Shown here: one piece after another, positions 40,890 to 54,600 of the stretch
How the letters are laid out: every line of letters begins with the position of its first letter
Numbering within the stretch: position 1 is the first letter of the stretch
Assembly (NCBI RefSeq): GCF_009914755.1
Contig: NC_060926.1
Source: the human T2T-CHM13v2.0 reference genome, Homo sapiens
Reading direction: 5' to 3' (one strand)
DNA length: 64,000 nucleotides
Translations under genes and position numbers: made by a program
The notes under the pieces: generated by a model
Told to the model about the DNA's origin: nothing
Database searches by the model: none
What the model saw: the letters and a program-made list of their open reading frames with translations, nothing else

Positions 40890-40941
40890 TATGTATATCT
40901 CCTATTAATTCTGTCCCTTTAAGAGAACCCTGAGCAATACA
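40460..40941 (+). mobile_element. MLT2A solo LTR with (TA)n(CA)n
   Basis: tgtgatggttaatactgagt...gattggattgaagga...agagaaccctg...ataca; perfect TSD gtgtt. Confidence 0.93.
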
Positions 40942-41139
40942 GTGTTTCATCCCCAACCAACATTTCTGATACCCTAAAAGCAACTTTGATGAAAAAATTA
41001 CCTATAAAATTGGTGTAACTGCTATCTATTGTAATCACTAGGTAAAATAAGCAGAAAATTGATTAGAAAGTTTGATGGGTAGTTTTAAAGAGCGCACGTT
41101 TTTCTTTCCTTTTTAAGCTTAAGATTCTGTAGATTGACA

Positions 41140-41520
41140 ATTTCAGCTGGGTTCAGCTAGATGGCTCTGCTATATGTGGACACGGGGCTGGCTAGTCTTG
41201 TCTGGGGCAAAAGTCTGTGTCTGGAGTCTGCAGCTGGGTCAGCTTAGGGGCTGCTGATCATTTGCTCGTTGTCTCAATTCTGCTTCGTGTCATCTCTCTC
41301 ATCTTTCAGCAGGGCAGCCTGGGAGAGAAGGCAAGCCCAATGAGCAAGCATTTTTCAAACTTCCCCTTAGGGCACACTTGCTAATCTGGCCAAAGCAAAC
41401 TATGAGGGCAGCCAGAATTAAGGGGTAGAGAAACAGACTCCACTTCTTGATGGGAATTGCTGCAAGGGAACATTGTAAAGGGATGAGGAAACAGGGAGGG
41501 GATCATTTATGGCTGGTTTT
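41140..41520 (-). mobile_element. Old MLT1 LTR
   Basis: cagctgggttcagct...ggccaaagcaa...cagactccacttcttgatggga. Confidence 0.6.
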
Positions 41521-41701
41521 ACGGTTAAGCTCACCCTCCAGCTTCTGTCATTCTCAGTGCGATGTGGACAAATTTTGCCATGTTCACATACCATCCCTAT
41601 TTAGTTTTAAAAGCATCAACTGTAACTTAAAAACAAAAGCCGTTCTAGCCTCATACTAAGCAATATTATCTGTGAAATCACAGACTTAATGGGCTAGTTA
41701 T

Positions 41702-42138
41702 TGTTAATTAGTTGAATGGTGTCCCCCCAAAATTTATATGTTGAAGTCCTAACCTCCACTACCTCCAAATTTGACTTTATTTGGAAGTAGGGTCATTGTA
41801 GATGTAATTAGTTAAGATGGGGTCATACTGAAGTAGGATGGGTCCCCGATCCAATGTGACTGGTGCCCTTATAAGAAGACGGAGAATGCCATGTGATGAC
41901 AAAGTCAGAGATTTAGAGTTACGCATCTGTGAGCCAATTAATGCCAAAGATTGCAGGCAGATGCCAAAGCCTGGAAAAGACAAGGAAAGATTCCCCTTCA
42001 GGTTTCAGAGGAAGCATGGCCTGCTGTCACCTTGATTTCAAATTCTTAGCATCCAGACCTGTGAACCAATAGATTTTTGTTTATTTGAGCTGCCTAATTT
42101 GTGGTACATTTTCATAGCAGTCCTAGAAAGTGAATACA
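41702..42138 (+). mobile_element. MLT1C-like solo LTR
   Basis: gttgaatggtgtccccccaaaat...gtgcccttataagaag...ctagaaagtgaataca; TSD gttat. Confidence 0.88.
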
Positions 42139-44325
42139 GTTATTTTTAAAGATAAAATATTAAGCAAAACCATATGAAGTTGCCACTTTTTAAAAAATGT
42201 TTGAACAACAGCAGTGTCACAGTAAAATAAATAACTACTTGGTTATTAAGAAAGTTTGTGGACTACCTAAATTTATCTTGTATACAATCACTGATATATC
42301 ACTATACTTTTGAAGATGTTGATTTAAAATGTTCTATTCAAAGATAAAGCATTTAAATTTCCTGGGAAGGTCAGGCTGTAGTTAACATTTCTCCCATACA
42401 ATACTGTCTTTCCTTGTTTTACGCACTTGGGTAAGGATTAGAATAAAAATCTTTAGAATTCATTTGCAAATGCTCTAAACCTGGCTATTTTTTTTTTTTA
42501 GTACCAAAGTTAATTTTTTTAAAACACATAAATTGGCCTCTGACCTTGAGATATTAGAAAATCAAGGAGTAAATTTTCTAAAATAGACAAAATGTGCCAT
42601 TTGGCTGCGAAATAAAATATGTGAATTGAATCAAGTTCCCTTCATTGAGGCAGTCCAAATTAACTTGTAACTACTTTAGTAGAATTAGATCCCAGTTACT
42701 TTTGCATGGAAATAATAAAAAAAAAAAAGAAATCTAAAATTTCTGAATCTTGCAAATACTAGCTAATTAGGAGACTTTATCTGTCATGATTATTTTGAGC
42801 AACTGATCATTTCCATCAATCAACCAAGCAACCCTGATAAGCCAATCATTTTTTAATCGATGTTGAGCCACTGAAAAGTTGCCATAGATACCAAATTCTA
42901 CAGCCATCACAACAGAAAGTAAGGTTAGAATTGGAAGTGACAGGTGTATTCATCACATAGTTAACAAGCCTTTGAAGGGAAAGAGAGAGTTTGTCAGAGT
43001 CCTTAGGCTGGGTATAAAAGATTGCAAAGAACACTCAAACAATTCCCAAAGAGCACTTCAAAAGAAGGGAGAAGAATCCGGTTTTCATTAGAAATGCAGG
43101 AAGATGTTTGCCTGAAATTCAAGCTGTAAGTAACAAGTTCCTTGAAGTCTTGCTTGGCTGTCATTTACCCGGGGTCACCAGCAAGTTATCTTAAGAGTGG
43201 AGAGTTTCCTTTTTGTTTCCTTTCCTTTCTACATCAAAAGTAAATAAGGATGGTTGAGAGCGTGGGGCGGTAATAACTATAGAATGCAGTCCTGATTGCA
43301 CTGTATATAAATGTGGAAATTTGAAAGTATATGCATTTATATAGATATAGATGCCCATATGTGTGTAGACATATATATGTATATTTACTTGTTAATACTT
43401 TTAGAATCAAAAAGTAGAACCAAGAAATATATTTTGAGAGTCACTGTACATAAGCCAGTATATATTACTAGTAAAAATATTGCATGTCTAGAACATTGGG
43501 AAATAGATAAAAAAGGAAAGGACTCACTTCAGGTGAAAAAAACTTAATGTATTTCAAAAGTATAGCACACAACTTCCTTTGGGGCGGGCGAGGCAAACTG
43601 GCTTCTCATCCTCGTTACGCACATCAGCAGTGGGACTATGTGGAAACACAGGGTTATCCTCAGGCTCCAGGAATGAGCACTGGAGAGAAGCAGTCAGGAG
43701 AATAGAGTTCCCACCCTGGCTTTGCCATTTACTCAGTGTAAATGCAAGTTTCTCTAAGACTGTGCAAACCAGGAGGGGAGGGGGGTCTGCCTAGATTGCT
43801 AAAGACTTCATCTTGCTCTAACATTCTTTGAGTCTGGGGTTATTTGTATCTATGCTACACAGCCAGCTGTGGCTTACAGGGACCCCTGTGTGGTTTGCAC
43901 ATCATGTCTAATCATCGGCTCCCATCCGCTTCCTAACACTGTGTCCCGGGGATCCCTGCACACCATTTTGGTTTCATGTTCCTAAAATGCTCCCTAACAT
44001 TTGGGCACCATAAAAAGAAATCAGTTGAAACAGTTTGATAAATAAAGGAACGTAGGTCTGAATAAGTTCCTGAAGGGCACGCAGTGATCTGGGTGTGGAA
44101 CCAAAGCAGGACGAGGCTCTGTTCCTCCCCTAGGAGGGTGGTTTCTCTGGGTTGCTCTCTCTGGGGAGCAGAATCTTGACTTTCATGCCCACTTGTTCAA
44201 GCATTTTGTTTTTCTCTCCTCTATGGTACCTGGAGGAAGAATTTTATTTGGAACTTTGTTATAACTACCAAAATGTCAAGGGAGGAGAAGCAAATCCATA
44301 TCATGGCATAAACAGTTTACCAAGT

Positions 44326-44480
44326 AGTCTGTCTGTCTGTCTACCTACCTACCTACCTATTTCTCTCTCTCTCTCTCTCTCTCTCTATTGTCTGTTTGTC
44401 TAGCTAATCTATCTTTTCATCTATTTATCTTTCTATTTATTATCTATACCATCCAATATCTGTCATCTATTTATCTAAAC
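44326..44480. repeat. Compound (TCTG)(CTAC)(CT)(TCTA) microsatellite
   Basis: Direct inspection. Confidence 0.9.
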
Positions 44481-44735
44481 TTATATATAAATTAGTAACC
44501 CAGTGTGAGTCTGATATTAAGTACCTCTAATATTCCCTCTTCTTTTTTTCTATATCTCAGGTCATGGCTATGATCAAAATCAATGCATGATGAGTAGTGA
44601 CTTCTTTCTTGCTTGTATGTGTGTCACTTAAAAAATTCCTATGTTTCAGTCCTCTCCTGTCCTCAACACAGTCAATGGTTTAATGCCTTGCAAATGTATT
44701 AATGCCTTACATACCAGCATTTCTAATCTACATAA

Positions 44736-45074
<339 letters not shown>

Positions 45075-45151
45075 TGTTCCTTGTATTTTTATTCACCAAG
45101 CACTATACAGATCCACCCTTATTGCTGTGTGTCTTCATCTTTTTGATTTGA

Positions 45152-45520
45152 TATTCATTCAGTAAAATATTCATTGAGAATATACTATGTGCCAGGAACT
45201 GTTCTTAACTGGAAGATACAGTGATGAACTCTGAAAATAAGATCTTTACTCTCTTGGAACCTACATTTTACCGGGAAGAAACAGACAATAAACAAGTTAA
45301 CACACAAACAGTATAATTTTGGGGAGTGATCAGAATAATCACTGTGAACAGAATAAAAGATGGGGAGATGATGATGCCTGCAGGTCTACAGTAGATGTGG
45401 GGATGGGTCAAGGTTGCTCTAAGGAGGTCATATTTGAGTTGTGACCTGGGGGAAGATCATTCCAGGCAGAGGGTAAAGCAGTGTGGTGTTTACAAAAGAC
45501 TTATATGTTCAGAAGCAGAA
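45152..45520 (-). mobile_element. L2 3' region
   Basis: ttcattcagtaaaatattcattgag...ctatgtgccagg...acagacaataaacaag...cattccaggcagagg. Confidence 0.8.
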
Positions 45521-45717
45521 CTTGGTAACCCATTGAGTGAGTGGTGAACCCCTGAGGCAGGAGTGGTTAAATACACTCTGATGTACTTTGAGCTGCTTTG
45601 GTCCTTTGTGTCCTTTCCTGGGCTTGATGTGAGGTGTGGGTATGAGTGGACAATAGGCAGCAGCCACGGGACAGTCATTGAGTTGTCAAACACTCTTCCT
45701 TGATCACAATGAATGGT

Positions 45718-45850
45718 TCTTCTTTTTCTGTCCTTCCCTCCTTCCCTTTCTTCCTCCCCCGCTTTCTTCCTCCCCTCTTTCTTCCTCCCTCCCTCCCTTT
45801 CTTCCTCCCTCCCTTTCTTCCTCCCTCCCTTTCTTCCTCCCTCCCTGCCT
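45718..45850. repeat. Polypyrimidine low-complexity tract (ttcttcctccctccc-like units)
   Basis: About 130 bp of almost purely C/T. Confidence 0.9.
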
Positions 45851-46529
45851 ATATTTAATATTTTTGATGTGCTGGGCACATTGCTAAGGGAGCACACTGG
45901 TCAGCATAGTCCTTACCCCCACGGAGCTTAGACTCCAAACATTTCTTCTTTTGCATTACATCTGAGGATGTCCTATTTCCTCCCTATCCTTCAAAAGCTG
46001 AAAGATAATGGGAGGAATAACATACTCCCTTCTTCTCCATGTTTCCCAACAGGGAAACCCCTCTTCATCGCCACCTTCTCTTGTCCTGGTCATTGCTCAA
46101 GGTTTGCAATCTGTCAAAGGCTATTCAGAAGGATTTTATTTAGTTTTTTGCTAGAGCCGTTCACAAACAAATACAAAAAATTACATTTACTAAAAAATAA
46201 AATGAAAAATCCAGCTGAGTTTCACAACATTAAGAGATGCTAATCATGAGTCCAGTAAACAAAAATGTATGTTGGAAGAAAGATCTTGTGTTCTGTCAGC
46301 ACAGAGGACAGTACCTGATGAATACAAACAGCGACCTCTCTAAGGATGCGCTGGGACTAAATGGTCATTTGTAAGAGAGTTGTTAAGGAGGCTGGGTATG
46401 TCCTGTGAACACGGGTCCTGTGGCGTTGTATCTTGACCCTAACCACAAACCACTGGTTAACTCAGAGAATACTTAATAAGTTGTCCAGGTTGCCCAGTTG
46501 CACTCTGAAACCTAGCCAATGCCTAACAG

Positions 46530-47200
46530 TGTCCAAAGGCATTCCCCCTCAAGATCATTCCCTCAGCCGTTGTTCTGGTTCACGATCTCCTCTCTCTTAC
46601 CTGCATCCCCCCAATAACGTCCTCACTGGTCTTTTTTGCCTCTGTCCTAGGTACCTCATCTGTATCACAGCCACCTAGAATAAGATTTCTAAAATGCAAA
46701 TCTGATTACCGCCCCACACCCCTCACTCCCCCAAACTCAGCAATGGTTCCTTGTTGCCTGCAGAGTGAGAGTAGACTCCTAATCGGGATTCAGGGTCTGC
46801 GTGGTTGCTGTGTCACTCACCTTTTGAGTGAGTCTACTTCGCCTTGCACTTTCTTCTGTGGCTCCCTGCATCTGCTCTGCTCCTTCAGGCCTTGGGTTTG
46901 TACGTTTGCTCATGTCGCTCCTCTTCTCGGAACACCCATCCTTCCCTCGGCTGTTTGGAGATTGCTTCTCTTCAGAATTTCAATCAGGAGTTCTCTCTTT
47001 CTCAGTTAATCTTCCCACTCCTGGGAGTCATCTGTTTCTCTTCTGTAAGCATCATCCCAGTGTCTTGCACTTATTTGATTGTATGTTTCTCTCCCCAGTT
47101 GGATGTGGAGCTCCTCGAAGCCAGGAACTATTCTTACTCATTTGAATCTTGAGGTCTCGGTGCAGCAAAGGTGGTCAACAAGTATTTACATAGATGAATG
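46530..47200 (+). mobile_element. L2 fragment
   Basis: ttctaaaatgcaaatctgat...tttgctcatg...gagctcctcgaagccagg...gtatttacatagatgaatg. Confidence 0.65.
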
Positions 47201-47355
47201 TGTTCCTAATCATGATGCTGGGACCCGAAATAAGGGCTAGGAATGAGATTCCACATACTCACTCCAGGGGCAAAGACTTGAAGTGGGCTCTGGGATGAGG
47301 AGCACAGTGATGGCTTAGGACAGGCTGGGCTTGACTCTGGTCACTGCGTATGCAG

Positions 47356-47367
47356 GTGTGCGTGTGC

Positions 47368-47400
<33 letters not shown>
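47356..47400. repeat. (TG)n(AG)n microsatellite
   Basis: Direct inspection. Confidence 0.92.
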
Positions 47401-48404
47401 CGAGGGAGAGTTCTCATCGTCTGAACCCTAGGGTTTGTGCACAAGAGTTAAGAGAAATAAGCCTGGAAAGTTAGGTTGAGGTCTCAAACACCAGACTAAG
47501 GCATTTTTGCTACTCTCTCTGCAATGAGGAATGCCAAATGTTGTTTGAACCTGGAAATGACATAATCCCAAAGGCACTCACTTGGGATTGACACACTGCA
47601 AAAAGCACTTTGGGACACTAATTAGCCCTATGCGGCTGGTTTGATGTTGGGGAGAGTGCAAGCAGGAGACTAGTTTGAGGATGACTGGGATAGACTAGGG
47701 ATGATCTGATAGGAATCTAAAGTGCAGAGGTGTCAGTAGGAATGGAAGACAAGGCCTTACAGAGTTTGTCCTGATCATCAGGCTGTATCTAATATGGACT
47801 CTGTGAAATGTTTGACATGCCTTGAAATATTTTATCAGGGGCCCATGTCTTTGGGCTGCTTTAGAGCTCTTCCAGGGTGAGCTTATGACTGCTGGCTCTC
47901 CAAAGCAAAGCAGAGTCAGGAGTGAGGAGGATAGAGCTGAAGTTTGCATCCGAGGAGAGGATGACTCACCTGAGGATGGGTGACCTTTCCTCCTAATTCG
48001 AGATGGAGATACATTGTTTTATATTGAGGCTAACAAGAATTTTGTGATCAGCAGGACTTCTTCACTCAAATTCACATCTCACTGGGCATGAAGACAACAT
48101 CCACAATTAGGCTTGATGTATAGGCTTCAACTGCTCAAATGTGGATAGTGTAAGCTAATGCCATCCTCACGTGAGATGAGCTCTACCTCTCAACTTTAGT
48201 GACTGCAGAACCCTGATAATATCTTTACATTAACTCTATACCTAAAAGCAGAGTAGGGGCACTTAATGTCAGAGACTCTTAGAGGTCTTCTTTAGCTGCT
48301 AATTACATCCAAGTCCTAAATGCTGATGGATAAATTGACATGAATGATCAACAAAAAAGCAAAAATGTTTGGAAGAAGTAACATATTGGCTTACATTTCC
48401 ATTG

Positions 48405-48915
48405 AGGTGTGAAGGCTAGGACACCCCTCATGCCTGGCCCCATTCCTCCTTGCCCACCATATACTGCTGTGGCACAGCTTCATGGAGGTGTGCCCTGAGA
48501 GAACCTTGCCCAGATACCCTGTGCATTTCTCATTTGCTTCTCTGGAGCTTCTCTGATGATGAGGTTTAGGACACTCTAGGAGCCCACTCAACATTTAGGC
48601 ATGTATTGCCTGGAAATGTGCGTGAGTTATTGTCTGATGGGGAGATCCTTGCCAATGGGGGTCAGGCGCTGCTGTTAAGTACTGTCTTTTGTCCCTCAGG
48701 TGGACAGTTCTGAGGGACATTCTTCACAGAGTAAGCCCTAGTTTCTGTAGTTGTGCCCAGCTCAAGGATATAATGTATTGACCTGCCTTTCTTCCCAGTT
48801 TCATTCTTCAATCCCTTTCTCCTATTCCTTGGGATCACCTCTAAAAATAAACCACTGGCATGTGAGCTTGTGTCTCAGGCTCTTCTTTGTGATGGGCAGG
48901 GAAACAAGTCAATCC
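48405..48915 (+). mobile_element. Old MLT1-like LTR
   Basis: cctcaggtggacagttctgagg...gggatcacctctaaaaataaaccact...tgtctcaggctc. Confidence 0.55.
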
Positions 48916-50877
48916 CAGGACGAAGGGGTTATCCTTTCCTGCAAGTGGGTTTATTAGAAGTGGTGGCTGGAAGGACAACGTCAGGACTTAGTCTATTTAG
49001 ACCTCCAAGCCATGTCATAGGCTTAACCGTGTTGTGAACATGTCTTCACCATGTTTGCAGAAGGAACTGGGCAAGAAAATGTGTGTTCCATGTCTTTTTG
49101 GACAAAGCAATTCAATCAAGCTGAAATATCTGCCACCATAGGCCTTACTGGAGAATAATCATGTCAGCATGCTTAACTTGTGACCAGAGTCAATGATGAT
49201 GGTGAGAGATAGAGATACCATTGGGCTTTGGCTTGTTGCTCAAAGGGCTTTTTAAAAGGCTAATTGATGTTTTTGGTGTTTGTTCTCACCATGCAATTGT
49301 CTTCTTACACTGTAGCAAATTTTCCCTCAATAATGAATGCATCTAAATATAAAAGGACCATTTGGATTTTCTGGTATATATTTTATTTTCATAATTCTCT
49401 TTCTTCCATTTCTGCTCCTTTTTTTCCTCTTGTTTCTCTTTCTCTTTCTCATCCTTCCTGTGGCTAGGAGCTCAGTGCCCTGGGTATCTCTGACCCTCTA
49501 GAGGGTCAATGCTTGATCTCATATCATGGAGCCATGATACCTGCTACATCCCCGATCACCTTCCACCATGTTTCCAGTGCATGTGCTCTGTCACTCCCTC
49601 CTGGCTTCTGTCCTGAGTTCCCTCCACACCCACTACCTCCAATCTCCACTGGTAGAAATAAGACAGATGTAAAAACCTTTGGGCCCTCTATTACCATCCA
49701 AAATATTTGTTTGCTTCTCACATCCCCATGTGGGTTTCTGACAGCCAACTGAGTATCCTTTCTCAGGAGGAAAAGTCCCAAGCAGTTCCAAGCAGAGAGT
49801 GAAAAGGAATATGAAGCCACTTTTATGGCCAAGTCTCAGAAAAAGCCCAGCTCTTAGCTTAGCTAGGCTAGACTGGCACATTTAACAGCTCCCAGCCCCC
49901 TACCTGGAGGATCAGAACCTGGGAGTGGTTATCCTCATTGCCTCACATAAGGACTCTAGTTTTGGCCTCCCATCCTCTGCTATGAACCCCAGATCACTTC
50001 TGCCAACTTGTGCCTGGCATTCCCTGTTCAGCCCATCCTCTTTGGATGGTGACTTATTCAGATAATGAAGGTGACACTCCCACTGGCAGAGACCCTTACC
50101 CTCCACGTGACTGCTGCCCTTCCCTGGGCTGGGATGTTGAACAGATGAAGAAGCACATGGAGAAGAAGAGTTGACGTCTTAGCCCTGCAGTCCTTATGGC
50201 TATCTCCAGGACTACTCTTAAGGTGCTATTGAAACCAAAGGCTTTCCCAACTTACCATTGAACTTGCTCTGACCTAGATTAGTGTTGAATCTTTGCTTAG
50301 CAGGGACAGGTGTTCAGTCCCCTGCAGGAGGAATCATCATGCAGATGGGGTTGAGCATGGACCTCAAGTGACTGGGAAGAAGTCACAGGCCCAACAGAAG
50401 GACTATGTTTTTATGAGCACAGAGGTTAACCCAGGCCATGGAAGAAGACAAGGTTAGCCATCATTCATGGTTAAGCAGATGAAGGTTCCAAAAGGAAGAG
50501 GTTCTGGGCCTCCAGCCAAACAAGGCTTCTTCACCCACTGATCAAGGGCTGTGCTTCTGGCATTTGGGTTTCTTCTCATGCTATCTTCTATTTTACCTCT
50601 TTAGAATTGTATTGTGTGATGTTCATGAGGAGTGATCTTCTCAGGAGAGTGAAACTCTTTCCTTTGGTTCATGTAAAAGTGGATAAAGCAGACAGTGATT
50701 TTCTGTTGTTCTCTAGTTACACCTAGGTCCTGAATCTTGATAGGTTGCCCATAGCAATAGGGCTGGCTTGGCCACAGATGAGTGGTTTGGGAGAAGATCA
50801 AGGATAGAGAAGATGATGAATTGCATTGTGTGAGCAGAACTCCCATCACTCTGAGTGAAGTTGATAGATTAGGACAC

Positions 50878-51376
<499 letters not shown>

Positions 51377-51392
51377 AATTCAAGGGACTTGA

Positions 51393-51695
51393 CCAGGGAC
51401 TCTCAAAGTTGGCTGCCTGATTAAATTACTGAGTTATCTGGGAAAGTGGTTAGAAATCTCAATTCTCCAGGTGGCACCCCAGAATAATTAAATTGAAATC
51501 TCTGAGGATGGAATCCAGTTGTCAGTATTTTTTTTCTTTTTTTTTTAATTATACTTTAAGTTCTAGGGTACATGTGCACAACGTACAGGTTTGATACACA
51601 GGTATACATGTGCCATGTTGGTTTGCTGCACCCATCAGTATTTTTTAAAAGCTCCCCATGTGATACCAATGAGCAGCCAAAGTTGAGAATCACTG
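51393..51695. mobile_element. MER5-family element split by L1
   Basis: ctctcaaagttggctgc...gaaatctctg...aaaagctcccca...gcagccaaagttgagaatcactg. Confidence 0.75.
51528..51634 (-). mobile_element. Tiny L1PA (about PA7-8) 3' end
   Basis: attatactttaagttctagggtacatgtgc...ggtttgctgcaccca; TSD tcagtatttttt. Confidence 0.92.
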
Positions 51696-54600
51696 GCCTA
51701 GGTCCTAGGGAAAGGGAACGTTAATGAGCTGAAAGTGTTTCTACCTGACCACATCTTTTGCTTCTCCATCTCTCCAAACTCAGGGAGAAGAAAGAGCTTT
51801 AAAAATGCCCTCACATTGGATAATGTATTTCTTGTATATCAATTTTATCACAGTCTAAGTATGCATATGCTAATCACTTGTCATAATTTCCTTTCTTCCT
51901 GAAGTGTGTGTCCCTTGCTAGGCTATAGGCTGGCTCAAGCACTTTTTTTCCTAATACTAGCCTGGCTCTTGGAGCTAAACATGTACTATAGAGGCTCTTG
52001 GATTAGGTGCCTCCATCATGCAAACTAAGGAATTCCCAAAATTCTCTTTTCTGTTTTGAAAATACCTTTGGACTTCATTTGAGATAGTCCTGAGAATTTA
52101 TAAAATTGAGTTCTGCTCAGAAGAGCATCACTGTAATATTTGGCCCTCTTTGGGGCCCCTCTTAATTTTGTAACTGAGTTTGTAGACAGAAAAAGGGAGA
52201 ATTTAGAAAGGTTTTTGTCTTTAAATTTGAAAATGACTAGGTCATGAGCACATAGTTTAAAGGGGTCTTCCTCTGGGAAGCTTTCAAAATCATAGCCTGT
52301 CAGCGCATGAAGCGGCCTTGAGAACATCCTTTCACACTCCCTCATTTTAGAGATCTGGCAACCAAGGCCCAAGGAGGGTTCATATTCGCCCCAAATCACA
52401 CAGCAAATTAGCGGCAGAATCAATCCCAGAAAACAGATCTCTCAACTCCCAGTTGGGTGCTGCTACCCTGGTACATCATGCTGCCTCGTATATTTTAAAT
52501 TTTTTTTTTTTTTTTGTAACATGGGCTTTATCCTCTCTTCCTCGCTAAGGATTTTTATTAAGGATGCCTGTTTTATTTTTAAATGGCTGATAGAACTCAT
52601 CAATTAGGTAATTGAGATGGTTCTGAGGATACATTAAGTCATTTTTATATATGCTGGAAAATGAGTCTGTAAAAGTATAATGCAGGGTAATGAGATGTCA
52701 AAAGTCATGGAAATGAGAGGATCTGAGTATAATCGTGGAGACTCTGAAATAGGCTTTGGAATTTTCCAGGATTCTTGGAGCACTTTTATTGTTTATATTT
52801 TCTCGGTTGTATAGTAATTGACATGAAAAGCCCAAATAGCCATATTTTTCCATTTGAGCCCATGGTTCAGAACACCGAGGATCTTTTTAGAGGATTTTAA
52901 CTATTTACCACACTTTTAATGAGAAAAAAAGGTTCAAAAATTCCTTTATTTACTTTTTCACATGTTTTATATTTTCTGGATTTCTTAGTGGCAGCTGTAA
53001 AAAGGGATTTTCATGTGATCATTTCATTCAGTAATTTGTCTAAACCGAGGCCTTTTCCTTTTTTTTTTTTAATGCATGCCCAGCTGTCACTGTTGCCTGC
53101 TAAAGTGATTTTTCTCTATTATGTTGTCACTTTACACTCCCATAGGGTCCAATCCTGCAAGCCGTACATGCATGGAACTTGCATTAAAGTCATGGGAAGC
53201 TTTAACATGTGAGAATGTGTGTTCGGGGCCCAGAGAAAGGGCCTGGCTATTGTGAAACCTCAGCTCTGGAGTCCCGACCCGCACTGCAGTCAGCATGCTG
53301 GGGTTCAGGCTTATCTCTTATCTCCCTAGGGACCTTGTGACGCTGATACAGCCAATGGCCAGGAGATTTGAGGGGCAGATTCTGCATCTATCCAAAGGGT
53401 AAGCTTTCTAGAGTTTCATATTCCAAAGTGTATCCTCTCCGTCCTGATTCACTATTTGAAGTTGATATCCAAAGCAGAAAAGTGAAGGGACCACAAGGGA
53501 GGTGAGGACATATTATATTAGATTCAGTATTTTCTTTTGTGTTTTCTGAGAGGAGTGGGGTTGTGCAGTCAGAAAATGCATTGAGCAAATATAAGAGGAA
53601 ATGGAATTGTGCTTAGGAAAGGAAAATACCCTGGCAGCGGGAGGAAAGCTGGTCAATATGGAGAGGGCCTTGGTTTTCCAACAGTGAATGTTATTTTTTT
53701 TCTTCTGATGGCTTGCTTTTGCCTGCTCACATATGGTTTCAAGGTGTATGTTCAATTGATCTCCTGTGAACAAATCAGGATCAAGTGGTTCTTGGGCCTG
53801 AAATGTTCTATTTTACCTTTTTGTCCGGGTCTTTCCTTTAAGAATTGAAAGTACTGCTACCTCCACCAGGAAGCCCTCCAGGAATACTCCGGCCTCCCTA
53901 ATGGCAGCTTTCTCAGACCTCTCAGAGTGTGCATGACAGGAAGGGGTAGCTTCAGCTTGAACCGTTGCTGCTTGCGGATCTGACATGAATTATTATTGGG
54001 ATGGGTGGGTATTGGGTTGGAAGGCGAAGTAGGACTTTTACCATGGAGAGGGAATTCTCTGAGATAAGAAGACTGGCTATCTCTCTACATAACCTGAATA
54101 GAGGGCCTGACAAACTGGTCTCTGCTGACTTGTGAGATCCTGGGCATACACACAGGGGAATTTAGGGCCCAGAGATACAGAAATGGGGACAGGGCTCTTT
54201 TCTCCAAACTCCTCACAGATCTCCATGTAGTTCTGGCACTGGGAGTTCCCATGTGGGTAGCCCCAGTGAGCCCTATAGAACGAGCCCTGCAGAATCTCAG
54301 TGAAGTTACTAGCCACACAGATGGAGGCGCAGCCCTTGCCCAGGAGGCCAGAGGAAAGAAACTCCACAGACTTATTCAGGAGCACGGGAACATCCCCAGG
54401 GCCTCCCGAAAATAACCAAGGGAGGTTTGGAGGAAAGACTGCAGTGCTGTGAGAACAGATATGGGCTCAGAGCTCTACAAATTTGGATATTAATACTAAG
54501 GCAGACGTCATTGGTGCTTAAACTCTTTTTGAGAGAGCTGTAGGAATGTGACTTACTTAGAATGAAGGACAAGCCTGGATGAGGCCAGAGGGAAGACCCA

